From Hormiphora californensis (lineage: Eukaryota > Animalia > Ctenophora): a DNA stretch of 64,000 bases. Numbering within the stretch: the stretch's first letter is position 1; each line of letters begins with the position of its first letter. Positions 25,030 to 37,687 of this stretch are shown in pieces. The notes beneath the pieces were generated by a model, which made no database searches, was not told where the DNA came from, and saw nothing but the letters and a program-made list of their open reading frames with translations. Both the position numbers and the translations under genes were made by a program. The stretch covers positions 1 to 64,000 of the forward strand of contig CM035361.1 of assembly GCA_020137815.1 (NCBI GenBank), written 5' to 3'.

Positions 25030-26188
25030 TAAGAAGCAAAACAAGCACAATTTACGTGGTTCTCAAACAGAGAGCTCACACAAAACGGGTCAAATAGTTG
25101 GAATTGAAGCTACAAAGTGCTCTCTACATTCCTACACACTCGTACCAATCGTTTATTTAACAAATCAAAAGGGTGGAATGCAGAGAGAGATAACAGTTAA
25201 TTGTGGGTCAAGAGGAACAGTTGCCAACAGACTGGCGGGCGCAATATGACAGAGAGCTTAGTGTTTGTACACACACTCCCTCTGTGTTGTCATGTCATTT
25301 TATCGTGTTTCCAGTGATTCTTTGTGATCTTTACACAAATCTGTCAGAGGGCGTGCGTCTATCGATGGTTTCTGAAAGTTCAGACAATTCTCTTTCCATG
25401 ATATAGTCTTCGATTTTCGATTAGAATCCGTCTTCAGGGTGTAAAATGAGCTCAAAGAATTTTAATCAGAGTCTGAAAAATGACGATTAAGACGTTCTGT
25501 AGGACGTTCCTGGCAATGAAAAGGGATCTCACATCGATAATGCACACAACCAGTGATCTACCAGCTGTGAAAACGAGAAGTTTCTATCTCTTTTCGTTTG
25601 GCGTGAATATGGTTTATAAAAAGCGTCTCTCCTACGCGCGGACGCGCGCGCGCACATGCATATGTGTTACACTGAATCTAGGGCAAATGGGACCTGTCTG
25701 TAACTCAGTTTCAGATGAGATAGAGACTTGAAATTTTGAACTTAAGTAATGACCCCAAGCCGGGTTACATTCCAAATTCAAGTCAAACGGATGAATTGGA
25801 GCCATGCTATAGCCTTCTGAAATCTGGGGTTTCAGTCAAAACACCCATAAAACTTATAACTGCGTTTCTGGCGGCGCTTTGCTGTTTGGGGGAGGGGGAA
25901 TGGCAACCTTTGCGCTTGCCAGCGCAGTGATATATATAAAAAATAATAGTATGAACAATACAACTATTGCCTACAAAATGGCACCAATGAAAAGTCTCTT
26001 AACCATGCCTAAGTGGCTATAGCCATTATATAGCCAAAAATGGTCATGCACAACCTATTTATCCAATTATCTAATTAACCAGATGAGATAGAGACTTAAT
26101 TTCAGCACCTACCTCCACTAATTCGAGGATGCTGATCATTTTAGTTCTCTCGGTTTTGTCTCTACTTCTTTCCTAAGTGGCTATAGCC

Positions 26189-28147
26189 GGTGGGCGGACT
26201 CTAGTGCTAACGGACTCTTTATCTAAATCCAAGGCGGACTCTATATCTAAAAACGGACTCTTTATCTACAGTTAGATTTTGAAAAAAGTTTAGATAAAGA
26301 GTCCTCCATTGAGTATACTTTTTAGATAAAGAGTCCGCCCTGTGTAGAATTTTTGGCAATTTCTCATTTGCCGCATACGGCGTCGCACCGCCGTCTAGAC
26401 GGTATACCGTCTAGACGGGTTTTGATAAAATCAGCTAAAAACGGTACCAAAATTGCTTGAAACGGGTTATAGACGGTATCAGACGGTCTCTAGACGGGTT
26501 ATAGACGGTATCAGACGGTGTTGCGACGGTATCAGACGGTCTCTAGACGGTCTCTAGACGGTACCGTCCCGGTGTCTAGACGGTGTCTGGACGGTCTCTA
26601 GACGGTATCCGTCCAAAGTTGAGACGGCACGTCTGAAAATTGTACCAGACGTTGAGACGGACTTTTAGAACTCCGTCTGTATTTCAGACGGAGTTTTAAA
26701 AGTACGTCTCAACGCAGTCTAAAGGAAAATCGATGAAAGTACCGTCTAGACAACGTCTCAACTGAAACCGGTCAGCATACCGTCTAGACAACGTCTAAAC
26801 AGAATCTCGCGATTCAGTTTCGAATACCGTCTAGACAACGTCTCAATACCGACACTATCTATCACTGATAGTATCAGCCATAGACAGTATCTCACAGTTG
26901 TATTACAACGCGATAGCTGGATGTAAGAGTGAATGTGGAGATTGCCTTGTTATAAAATAAAATAAAAAAGGTTTGAACAAAACAACTGTTTTGGTATCTC
27001 CACATTCACTCTTACATCCAGCTATCGCGTTGTAATACAACTGTGAGATACTGTCTATGGCTGATACTATCAGTGATAGATAGTGTCGGTATTGAGACGT
27101 TGTCTAGACGGTATCTGTATCGGATTCGCTTAAGACGTTGTCTAGACGTTGTTTAGACGGTATTCGTATCGAAATTGATGGAGAAGTTGTCTAGACGGTA
27201 TTTGAAACTGAATCGCGAGATTCTGTTTAGACGTTGTCTAGACGGTATGTTGACCGGTTTCAGTTGAGACGTTGTCTAGACGGTACTTTCATCGATTTTC
27301 CTTTAGACTGCGTTGAGACGTACTTTTAAAACTCCGTCTGAAATACAGACGGAGTTCTAAAAGTCCGTCTCAACGTCTGGTACAATTTTCAGACGTGCCG
27401 TCTCAACTTTGGACGGATACCGTCTAGAGACCGTCCAGACACCGTCTAGACACCGGGACGGTACCGTCTAGAGACCGTCTAGAGACCGTCTGATACCGTC
27501 GCAACACCGTCTGATACCGTCTATAACCCGTCTAGAGACCGTCTGATACCGTCTATAACCCGTTTCAAGCAATTTTGGTACCGTTTTTAGCTGATTTTAT
27601 CAAAACCCGTCTAGACGGTATACCGTCTAGACACCTTCTAGACGGTGGTGCGACGCCGTCTAGACGCCGTATGCGGCAAATGAGAAATTGCCGAATTTTT
27701 AGATATAGAGTCCTCTAGTACATTTTGGCGCCAAATCCTCCAACCCGGACTCTATGTCTAAAATCCTAACCCAACCCAAAACCTAACCCTAACAGTTAAC
27801 ACTAACCCTAACCCTAACATCGAACCCAAATAACGGCCCTAACACATCTAAATTAGTATAGGGGTAGAGCAAACTCTCGTTTCCGGCCTGACGGCCGAAA
27901 TCTCGAGTTCGCGGCGAAAGGCGGACTCGAGTCTATATCTAATTTAGATTTATGTAGATATAGAGATTTATGTAGATATAGAGTCCACTTTGTTTAGACT
28001 TTTTAGATAAAGAGTCCGCCCTGTGTAGACTTTTTAGATAAAGAGTCCTCCTAGAGTTTAGAATTATTTGGACTCTTTATCTAAATCTAAATTTAGATAT
28101 AGAGTCCTCTTTAGACTTAGAGTGTGTAGCACTAGAGTCCGCACACC
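26189..28147. mobile_element. GGTGGGCGGACTCT-family MITE with a nested foldback
   Basis: 9-bp TSD gctatagcc. Confidence 0.85.
26355..27692. mobile_element. MULE-like foldback, GGCAATTTCTCATTTGCCGC family
   Basis: 8-bp TSD gaattttt; almost fully palindromic. Confidence 0.9.
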
Positions 28148-28289
28148 GCTATAGCCATATAGCCAAAAACTGGTTATGCGCAAACCTAATTATCCAATTA
28201 TCTAATAAACCAGATGAGATAGAGACTTAATTCCAGCACCTTCCCCCACTAATGGGAAGACGCTGATCACTTTAGGGCACTCATTTTTT

Positions 28290-28729
28290 CCCTGCCCGGG
28301 TGAATGCTGAAGGCATTCACCCGGATGCCTTTTTGCTTTGCAAAAAGGCATAGCAGGGTTAGAATTCGAAAACGACATTTTGGTATACTAACTAATCGGT
28401 AGAGGGACCTTTTTAGTCACACATTAGTTGCGAGGGGCAACGGTGTAGCAACAAGAGCCGCGCAAACAGTTACGAGCTGCTCCTTCATAAACCACTTCAT
28501 TGGCACGTTTTCAGGAAATGTGTGGCGTGCAATGTGGCGGCGTGGCGCGCAATTTAGTGCTACTAAAACACAAGGATTTGCTCTATACTGTTTGTGCGAT
28601 GTATAAATGATCGGGATTTTGTGTCCCGCTTGCTGCTACAGCGGACCTGGTCATGATTTCCTTTCTTCATAGATTCACATGGCAGGGAAATTCAGCATTA
28701 TGTTAGAACATAATGCAATTAATCTTGTT
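28290..28729 (-). mobile_element. HINE-like element
   Basis: Same termini and hairpin as 3683-4236. Confidence 0.75.
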
Positions 28730-28892
28730 ACGCTACTCCTATTCTAAGGGTACTTATGCTTTTGGCTTCAGGCTGAAATCACCCTGTATCCAATTAGGCC
28801 GAATTATGTTCTCCATCGCCGATTTCTATTGACCCTATAGAGTACCCTAGAAGTGGAATTAGCTCGAGAGCGATTATGCCGAAAACTTGCCG

Positions 28893-28948
<56 letters not shown>

Positions 28949-29139
28949 AAGGGACCCTTTTAGATAATAGGGTAATACAGATAATAATAATCAATAAGGT
29001 AATTCAGCGCTGACAAGTGCACAGCTCTCTCATGGGAACTCGAGAATTCTGCCGATAGACCGGATACGAGAGTTCACTGGTTCATATTCCGCCTGGTCAA
29101 CTAAACATCAACGAGGATCTTGAGAACGAGTTCAGCGCC

Positions 29140-30942
29140 GTGTGTGGTGACATGGCCAAGTGGGTCACCAGCACAATATCACTTGACAAGGATAAGCTAA
29201 CCTACAAGCAGCTGAATCATGAGCTGACGTCAGCCACCACCCAGAGGTTCGAATCTCTCAAACTCTGTTGTGTAGATATCAGCGTTACCTCAATACCTCC
29301 AAAAACAACATCCCATGCGCTCGAACCACCAGGCCAGAATTCCAACTATCCACTAACCATTTTACTAGTTGGTACTAAAAATCACGTTCTACAACTCCGC
29401 CCACACCAAGGAACAGACATTCCGCTCACCGAAATTAACGTGTGCCCAGGTAATGTTATAATAATCCCACGTGAAATAGCATCTAGCATTTCTCTCTACG
29501 TGAGATGCGACGCCATACCAGGCTCCGTAAGAGATAGCCGTCACTTCTGGATATCGCCAGTATTTTCATCTAGTGATGAAATAACTCCTCTGCCCACAGA
29601 ACTGGGCAAACCAAAAATCAATGATGTTAGCATTTACAGCTCAACAGATAATGACTCTAGCATCACCTCCAGGTCGGCCACGACACACGATTCCTTGCTT
29701 ATCGTTATCCCTACTAACAAAACCCCTGAAACCATCATCCCTGATGATCTACACAATCAAAATGATACCGGTCTTGATGACATCGCTACCACGGGACCTA
29801 GCAACATAGCTGTGACTCCCGACACGAAACACAACCTAAAAATAGAGGATAACTACTGTCTCAAGACACCAAGACTAGGTCACCCAAAGCAACCTAGTCC
29901 GGTTAAAACTCCCACAATTGATAGGTCCAGTATAGCGAACGAATTGCCCGCCCTCATGGATCCAGCGCACCAGGGTTGTCCCCTAGATGCAAACAATACC
30001 AATCTTGACAGGGCTACCAAATACCGAACCAGTCAATCCCAATCTCCGAAAGAAGAGCCCACCCAGCTACCTCACGGACCTTCGAAAGAGGACTCAATCA
30101 TCCAGAAGTCACCAGCTTCAACTAATCAGGAGCATACAACTTCCTTGTCCGTAGTCGATAAGACCACGAAGGAGAAGAACACAGCTAACAGACACCTCGA
30201 CCTACTCCTCAGGGCGGTTGACTCGTTTACCAATAGGCAAGCCAAGCCGCTAAGTAAAATCCTGAAAAAATGCAATATTAATCCCTCACCTAAGCTGGAT
30301 GACAATAAGGCGCTCCTCAAACAAGTTCTGACTGAAAAGTGCTCCACCGAGCCCTGTCCCCCCGCCTTGCCGACTGAGTTTCTTATCCTAAAACTAAATG
30401 ATCCTGCAGTGAAGAAAGAACTCAATAATATGAACATTTCACCGGCTAACAACAGCCACTCGAGGAAACAACAACTAATTGATCTAATGTTGGGTGAAAA
30501 CAAGATCAACATGGATGGATCCTTGTCTCCCGACATAACAAGCTCTCTTAACTCATCCACCTTGAAAAAGAGACAACGCAGACGGATGAAAAAGATCCTC
30601 TCCCAATCTACTCTAACCGAAGCCCCATCCAACACAAACCACCCCAACCCGGAAGAAACAGAAGACCCCTCAACGAGTACCAAGTCACCGCAAGTAGAAA
30701 AACCAACAAACACCATTGAGTCACCGACTACACCCTCAACAAACGAGGAAAACCACCAAACCTCCAAGCCCGCATCTTCACACATCCCAGCAAGTACTGG
30801 TAACATTCAGAAATGTACATGCTCGGAGCAGGCCTCGGAGCAGGCCTTGAGACCCCTGAAAGCCCTGGAAAATGGAATACTCAGTCTCAAAGAGGTTGTT
30901 GAGGAAAACAGTCAAAAGATCGACTCTCTAGTAGGTAAGACT
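29140..30942 (+). pseudogene. LINE ORF1-like coding region, cut by a foldback insertion
   Basis: ~600-codon open frame, low-complexity S/T/P linkers, basic patch KKRQRRRMKK, coiled-coil-like end. Confidence 0.65.
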
Positions 30943-33154
30943 GTGGTGGGAGAAATGGCTCACCCTAGAACAATTGCAAGTTAATAGCAAAAATGCATAA
31001 TAACCTGTAAATCACTTGTAATTCGAAGTTCAAACTATAAGTTTTGAAATAGTTTTGAATTTTTTTTAGAAAAATTTTAATTTTGAGATAGCTTTTGAAA
31101 TAGTTTTGAAATAGCTTTTGAAATAGTTTTGAAATAGCTTTTGAAATAGCTTTTGAAATAGCTTTTGAAATAGCTTTTGAAATAGCTTTTGAAATGGCTT
31201 TGGACGGGTGGTAGAAATGGGTCATGTGGCTCATCTGGCAGCTGCACGATCATTATGAACACAAGGACATTCATATAAAAGCGAAAACCAGTGTACCCGA
31301 CTAATTTTAATACGCTGAATCACGTGAGCACCTCTGGCAAGCGCTCAGATGTGAAGAAAGTGCCCTAATTGAGCATAATTGGGTGTAATTGACCGGACTT
31401 ACAACTTTTCTCCTGAAAACGCTAGAAGTTAATGTGAGGGCACTTTTCCGACTAACTTTGATACGCTGATTCACGTAAGCAACTTTTCCAAGCCCTAAGA
31501 GGCGGGGAAAGTGCCCTAATTGAGTCTGATTGAGTCTAATTGACCATAATTGCTCAATTAGGGCACTTTCTTCACCTCTGAGGGCTTGGAAAAGTTTTTT
31601 ACGTGATTCAGCATATCAAAGTTAGTCGGAAAAGTGCCCTCACATTAACTTCTAGCGTTTTCAGGAGAAAAGTTGTAAGTCCGGTCAATTACACCCAATT
31701 ATGCTCAATTAGGGCACTTTCTTCACATCTGAGCGCTTGCCAGAGTTGCTCACGTGATTCAGCGTATTAAAATTAGTCGGGTTCACTGGTTTTCGCTTTT
31801 ATATGAATGTCCTTGTGTTCATAATGATCGTGCAGCTGCCAGATGAGCCACATGAGCCGTTTCTACCACCCGTCCAAAGCTATTTCAAAAGCCATTTCAA
31901 AAGCTATTTCAAAAGCTATTTCAAAAGCTATTTCATATAAAAGCGAAAACCAGTGTACCCGACTAATTTTAATACGCTGAATCACGTGAGCAACTCTGGC
32001 AAGCGCTCAGATGTGAAGAAAGTGCCCTAATTGAGCAATTATGGTCAATTAGACCCAATCAGACTCAATTAGGGCAATTTCCCCGCCTCTTAGGGCTTTG
32101 AAAAGTTGCTTACGTGAATCAGCGTATCAAAGTTAGTCGGAAAAGTGCCCTCACATTAACTTCTAGCGTTTTCAGGAGAAAAGTTGTAAGTCCGGTCAAT
32201 TACACCCAATTATGCTCAATTAGGGCACTTTCTTCACATCTGAGCGCTTGCCAGAGTTGCTCACGTGATTCAGCGTATTAAAATTAGTCGGGTTCACTGG
32301 TTTTCGCTTTTATATGAATGTCCTTGTGTTCATAATGATCGTGCAGCTGCCAGATGAGCCACATGAGCCGTTTCTACCACCCGTCCAAAGCTATTTCAAA
32401 AGCCATTTCAAAAGCTATTTCAAAAGCTATTTCAAAAGCTATTTCATATAAAAGCGAAAACCAGTGTACCCGACTAATTTTAATACGCTGAATCACGTGA
32501 GCAACTCTGGCAAGCGCTCAGATGTGAAGAAAGTGCCCTAATTGAGCAATTATGGTCAATTAGACCCAATCAGACTCAATTAGGGCAATTTCCCCGCCTC
32601 TTAGGGCTTTGAAAAGTTGCTTACGTGAATCAGCGTATCAAAGTTAGTCGGAAAAGTGCCCTCACATTAACTTCTAGCGTTTTCAGGAGAAAAGTTGTAA
32701 GTCCGGTCAATTACACCCAATTATGCTCAATTAGGGCATTTTCTTCACATCTGAGCGCTTGCCAGAGGTGCTCACGTGATTCAGCGTATTAAAATTAGTC
32801 TGGTACACTGGTTTTCGCTTTTAAATGAATGTCCTTGTGTTCATAATGATCGTGCAGCTGCCAGATGAGCCACATGAGCCATTTCTACCACCCGTCCAAA
32901 GCCATTTCAAAAGCTATTTCAAAAGCTATTTCAAAAGCTATTTAGAAAGCTATTTCAAAAGCTATTTCAAAACTATTTCAAAAGCTATTTCAAAACTATT
33001 TCAAAAGCTATTTCAAAACTAAAATTTTTCTAAAAAAATTCAAAACTATTTCAAAACTAGTTTGAACTTCGAATTACAAGTGATTTACAGGTTATTTTGC
33101 ATTTTTGCTATTAACTTGCAATTGTTCTAGGGTGAGCCATTTCTCCCACCACAG
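30941..33154. mobile_element. Foldback with 11-bp sub-repeats (agcttttgaaat-like) and an internal 511-bp tandem duplication
   Basis: CTGTGGTGGGAGAAATGG...CCATTTCTCCCACCACAG; duplicated target TAAGA (up to GTAAGACT, boundary ambiguous). Confidence 0.85.
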
Positions 33155-33771
33155 TAAGACTGCCCAATCTACGGGTAAAGCTCGAAAAACCTCTTCAGGA
33201 AAAGAAGTGCAGTCCCAAAACCATAACCACAACTACAATCAGCTTATGGATATGCTCTCACAACTAATGGAAAAAGTGGATGCAGCGGATCTAAACCACC
33301 AAGTGACGCACATTCTTACTGAAGCGGCCAATACAGCGCTGGCGAGATCCAAATCACTTCCCGGGAAATCCAAATGGTTTGACGATGACTGCTGGCTTCT
33401 CAGGACGAAGCTCCGGAACGCCTCCCGGCGCCTTTCCAGACATCCCAGTAACCCTCAACTTCGTACCGAGTTTTACAATGCCAAGAGGGAGTATAGACGA
33501 ACAATACGGTCAAAAAAGTATAGTTTTCTATTCGAACTCAATGCCAAAGTGGAGAACTGTAAAACCATTGACTGGACGGCCTTCAAGAGACTCAAAAGAG
33601 AAAATAGCCAAACCGATCAATTCGATCTACTGGATCTACATAATTTCTTTGTCTTCTTCAAGAACTTGTACTCAAGTAAATGTCTCAAGCAATCTGAAGA
33701 TCACCCGGACAAGTTGATCTCTAGCAATGCACCAACACCAGCTGAACTGGAGATCCTCAACAGATCTATTA

Positions 33772-34024
33772 GGGGAAACTCTAACTGAATGCCCGCGCAG
33801 TAATGGCGTCCCATCACTGGTAAAAATCTAACTGATAATGGGAGTCATCACTCTGTGCGCGTCAGGATTTGCCACAAATTTTGCCAAAAAAAGGCTTTTA
33901 CGTAGGGCGCGATGACAAACACACGAGCATGGTCGCGCGTTCTTCCATCATTCCTTCCATTCAATTAGAGTTTTACCAGTGATGGGACGCCATTACTGCG
34001 CGGGCATTCAGTTAGAGTTTCCCC
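33772..34024. mobile_element. Harbinger-type MITE (GGGGAAACTC family)
   Basis: TIRs; flanks TTA/CTA; removal restores NRSITQEEL. Confidence 0.9.
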
Positions 34025-34258
34025 CTACTCAAGAGGAACTCAATGAAGCTATCTCTTCTCTGAAATCTAACAAAAGTGCCTCCCTTGATCTAATAAGGAA
34101 CGAAATGCTTAAAAATCTATCTAGTGATATGAACGCTCTAACTCTTAAGCATCTAAATGGCTGTCTCAGAACAGGTTGCTACCCATGGAATGCCTCAGTT
34201 ACAACCGTTCTACACAAAAAAGGTGACAAAGAGGATCCAGACAATTACCGTGCCATAA

Positions 34259-34512
34259 GGGGAAACTCTAACTGAATGGACGCGCAGTAATGGCAGCCCA
34301 TCAACTGTAAAAATCTAACTGATAATGGGAGCCATCACTCTGGGCGCGCCAGGATTTGCCACATTCTGCTCGTAAAAAAGGCCTTTACGTAGCGCGCGAT
34401 GACAAACACACGGACATTGTCGCGCGTTCTGTCCATCATTCCTTCCATCCAGTTAGATTTTTACGGTTGATGGGACGCCAGTACTGCGCGTCCATTCAAT
34501 TAGAGTTTCCCC
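34259..34512. mobile_element. Harbinger-type MITE (GGGGAAACTC family)
   Basis: TAA TSD; removal restores NYRAITLGS. Confidence 0.9.
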
Positions 34513-36009
34513 TAACACTCGGTAGCTGTCTTGGTAAGCTATTCTCATCATTATTGCTTAGTCGCCTCATATCATTCAGGGCGAAAGTTTGTCCAGATAC
34601 TAGCAACCAGCTAGGCTTTTGCAAAGGAGGACAAACTTCGGATCATCTCCTAGTTCTGAAGACCATATTGGACAAATATCTTAAGAAAAAGAAGGTCAAG
34701 GTGTACTCATGTTTTATCGACATGCGAAAAGCCTTTGACCGCGTCTGCAGGCAAGGCCTCCTAAAAAAGCTAGCGGACATGGGGGTCGGCGGTAACTTCT
34801 TTTCCTGTCACCAGAATATGTACGAGGGATCAACTACGTGCATAAGGCTGGCGGACAAACTGTCTGAGTCGTTCTGCGTCCTAATCGGCACCGAACAGGG
34901 GCACCCCTTATCCCCCGAACTATTTAAAATGTTTGTTCACGAGCTATCCCATCTTCTCAACGAAACACCAGGAACTTTCCCCCAACTTGACAACAAGCCA
35001 ACCAATAACCTGATGTGGGCGGACGACATTGTGGTCCTGGCTCTCAACAAGACTTCTTTACAGTCTCTTCTAGACACCCTGGGTCACTACACAAGGACGT
35101 GGGAACTTGAAGTTAATATTGACAAAACCCAGGTGTTAGTTTTTAACAAACAGGGCAGACTTCTACCGGAAAGCTATGGATTCAAGCTAAATAACAAATC
35201 CCTTCAACCAACTAAGCACTATTGCTATCTGGGCCTGATCTTCTCCGCAACAGGTTCCCTCAAACCAGCAATTGAAAACTTATCAACTAAAGGGAAACGT
35301 GCATGTCTAGTTCTCAAACGTACAATAAACTCACAGGCTCTCTCGGGCTGGAGTCTGATGAAGCTATTCGACCACCTAATTGCTCCCATCCTAACTTACG
35401 GAATACCGGTGTGGCTACCCACCACTCAAGCGGCAAGAGCGAGAACCAGAGGAGATCATCTAGACCATAAAGGATACTTCAAGAGACTATCTACCGATCA
35501 TTTTGAACGAGTACACCTTGGATTTCTCAAATGGGTACTGGGTGTGCACAGCAAAACAACCAACACGGCAGTGTACGGAGAAACGGGAAGAGCACCCCTA
35601 TCAATCTCGGTCCATCAGCAGTGCTCGAAATATTTCATTAGAGCCCTGTCAAAAGCATCAGATGACCAAGACTCATCTCTACTCGCCCTCGCCGTCCGTG
35701 AACAACGCACTCTCAACCTGGAGTGGTTTGACTTTTGGGACTCCACCCTAAGGATAGGCGGCAGAGACCAACTTGAACATCAACATGTTCACCACTGGGA
35801 CGCACTGCGCAGCACCCAATCCAAACTCAGTTTCTTCAACACGATTAAACAAGAGTATGGATACTCCTAATACCTGGATCTACGAAGACAAGACAGAACA
35901 CACGTCGCCAAACTGAGACTTAGTGCTCACGACCTCCTTATCGAAACAGGTCGTTACACGGGTGACCTGCGCACATGCCGTTACTGTGTTGACAGATCAA
36001 ACGCCGATA

Positions 36010-36299
36010 GGGGAAACTCTAACTGAATGGCATCCCATTAATGGGATCCCATCAACAGTAAAACTCTAACTGATAATGGACCACAGTGATGGTTCTTTCT
36101 CTGTATTCTCTCTGTAGGCAGTACATCTATGTACTGCCTACAGAGAGAATACAGAGAAAGAACTATAGGGCATGCCCGGGCACGGGCGTGCACACAGAGA
36201 GAATACAGAGAAAGAACCATCACTGTGGTCCATTATCAGTTAGAGTTTCACTGTTGATGGGATCCCATTAATGGGATGCCATTCAGTTAGAGTTTCCCC
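36010..36299. mobile_element. Harbinger-type MITE (GGGGAAACTC family)
   Basis: TIRs; flanks ATA/TTA; removal restores the reading frame. Confidence 0.9.
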
Positions 36300-36621
36300 T
36301 TACTCTCAACCAGCTACCTATGGCGGACCCTATCTTTGAGGATGAAACACACGCTCTATTTGACTGTCCCGAGTACGAGGAACTGAGAAAGAACACGCCA
36401 GAACTTCTCCAAATATCACTCAAATCCAAAAGCACATCACACATCTTCAATCCCGAACTGATCACACCACTCAACAAATTTCTGGCCGCATGTCGCACAC
36501 ATAGATCTGAAAGTCCTGGGCCCGGCTAACTGCCTCAGGGCGAAGAACCGGTTCCACTGATAAATCTTCATGTCCGGTGAAGAGTTGCAGCCCACGTTTA
36601 TCTAACTCTACCTGCATGCTT

Positions 36622-36972
36622 GGGTGTGTGTGTGAGTGTGCGTGTGTGTGTGTGTTCGTGTGTGTGTGTGTGTGTGTGTGTGCGTGTGTGGGCTTGACCG
36701 GTATGTACTGTGTTAGTTGGTGATTTTTTTTTTGTGCAATATTGCAGTCTCGTTAGAGTTTAGTGGGAGCGTTTTTTGGTGTTTTCGGGTGATTGTGAGT
36801 CCGAGTGGGCGCGTGTGCGTGTACGCGTGTGGGTGATTGTATGCGTGTGTGTTGTGTGTCCGTTTTTTGTGTGTGTGTGTGCGTGCGGGGGTGTGAGTGT
36901 GTGTGAGCGTGTGTGAGTGGGTGTGTGTGTGTGTGTGTGCGTGCGTCTGTGTGTGTGTGAGTGTGTGTGTGT
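36622..36972. repeat. GT-rich simple repeat in the LINE 3' region
   Basis: (gt)n runs. Confidence 0.85.
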
Positions 36973-37140
36973 ATATTCTTTTCTTCCTTTTTTTAGTCCG
37001 AACGAGGTGGTACAATTATTTATTAATTCTCACTGTTTTTTGTTCCATTTATTTTAAACTAAAAAAAAAACTAATGCTGTTCTCCTCCACTAAAGATGTG
37101 TTATAAATCTCACAATTTTATAATTTTAATGTTTGTATAG

Positions 37141-37267
37141 AACCCACAGAGCAAAAAGTACAGTTGAACGAAGACTGCCCAGAGTCCCTCGATGCATTGG
37201 TCAGCAGATCTATATCAGACCGTCTCGTCTTCGCATTCTACGGAAGTCGCTACTGGATTTATAAACG
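37141..37267 (+). CDS. MMP-like gene, exon G: hemopexin blade 1 (CPESLDAL...VFAFYGSRYWIY)
   Basis: tttgtatag acceptor, gtatgg donor; phase 1-2; hemopexin DA...FxGxxYW motif. Confidence 0.85.
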
Positions 37268-37687
37268 GTATGGTCTCTATGTTTTAGGCTTCCTGGTGAT
37301 GATCAATGTGGCGAAAATCCCAGTTCAGAAAAATTGGTAGATGTATTATATGTGCTATAACACCGGTGTGTATCTGTATATCGCCTCCCGCGCGGGAGGC
37401 GATGTTCCCGCATATCGGCCCCTTGCGGAGCAAGGGGACGATATGCAATATATCGCCCCGAACGTAGTGAGGGCGATATATTTGATACACATAAGGTGTT
37501 ATAGCATATAACGCCCACTGCAAGCAAGGAGAGAACAACACTATACTAATAGTTTTTCAACTCAATTTGACATATTATTCAGCATCATCACAGTTCAACA
37601 ACAAATGATTACACAGAGAGAGATGCAACACAACTCATGTCACTCCTTCAAATATGTTCCCCTTGCAACTGCAGACATGTCTAGACA

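Larger units (their letters stand above)
20520..28864. mobile_element. Large composite foldback with multiple nested insertions
   Basis: Arm 20520-21407 is inverted at 25971-28864 (e.g. ccacttctagggtactctatagggtc / gaccctatagagtaccctagaagtgg). Confidence 0.75.
33155..36529 (+). pseudogene. LINE reverse transcriptase (ORF2) interrupted by three MITEs and one stop codon
   Basis: KWFDDDC, NYRAITLGSC (after MITE removal), FIDMRKAFD, GTEQGHPLSP, WADD, YLG, LRLSAHDLLIETGRY..C..C..EDETH...C; TAA at 35868. Confidence 0.92.
29000..37030 (+). mobile_element. Non-LTR retrotransposon (LINE; RTE-X/CR1-group-like, clade not fixed), disrupted by four insertions
   Basis: ORF1-like region, RT and C-terminal CCHC finger, GT-rich 3' region; ends approximate. 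Confidence 0.85.

Noticed and set aside
30126-30806. Minus-strand ORF opposite LINE ORF1 (and similar ORFs opposite gag and pol)
   Set aside because: Antisense shadows of real coding frames
33772-34512. MITEs acting as spliceable introners in the RT gene
   Set aside because: No GT...AG pair at the element edges that would restore the frame
37268-37287. 20-nt micro-intron after exon G
   Set aside because: Too short; exon H at 52509 continues the hemopexin pattern in the correct phase
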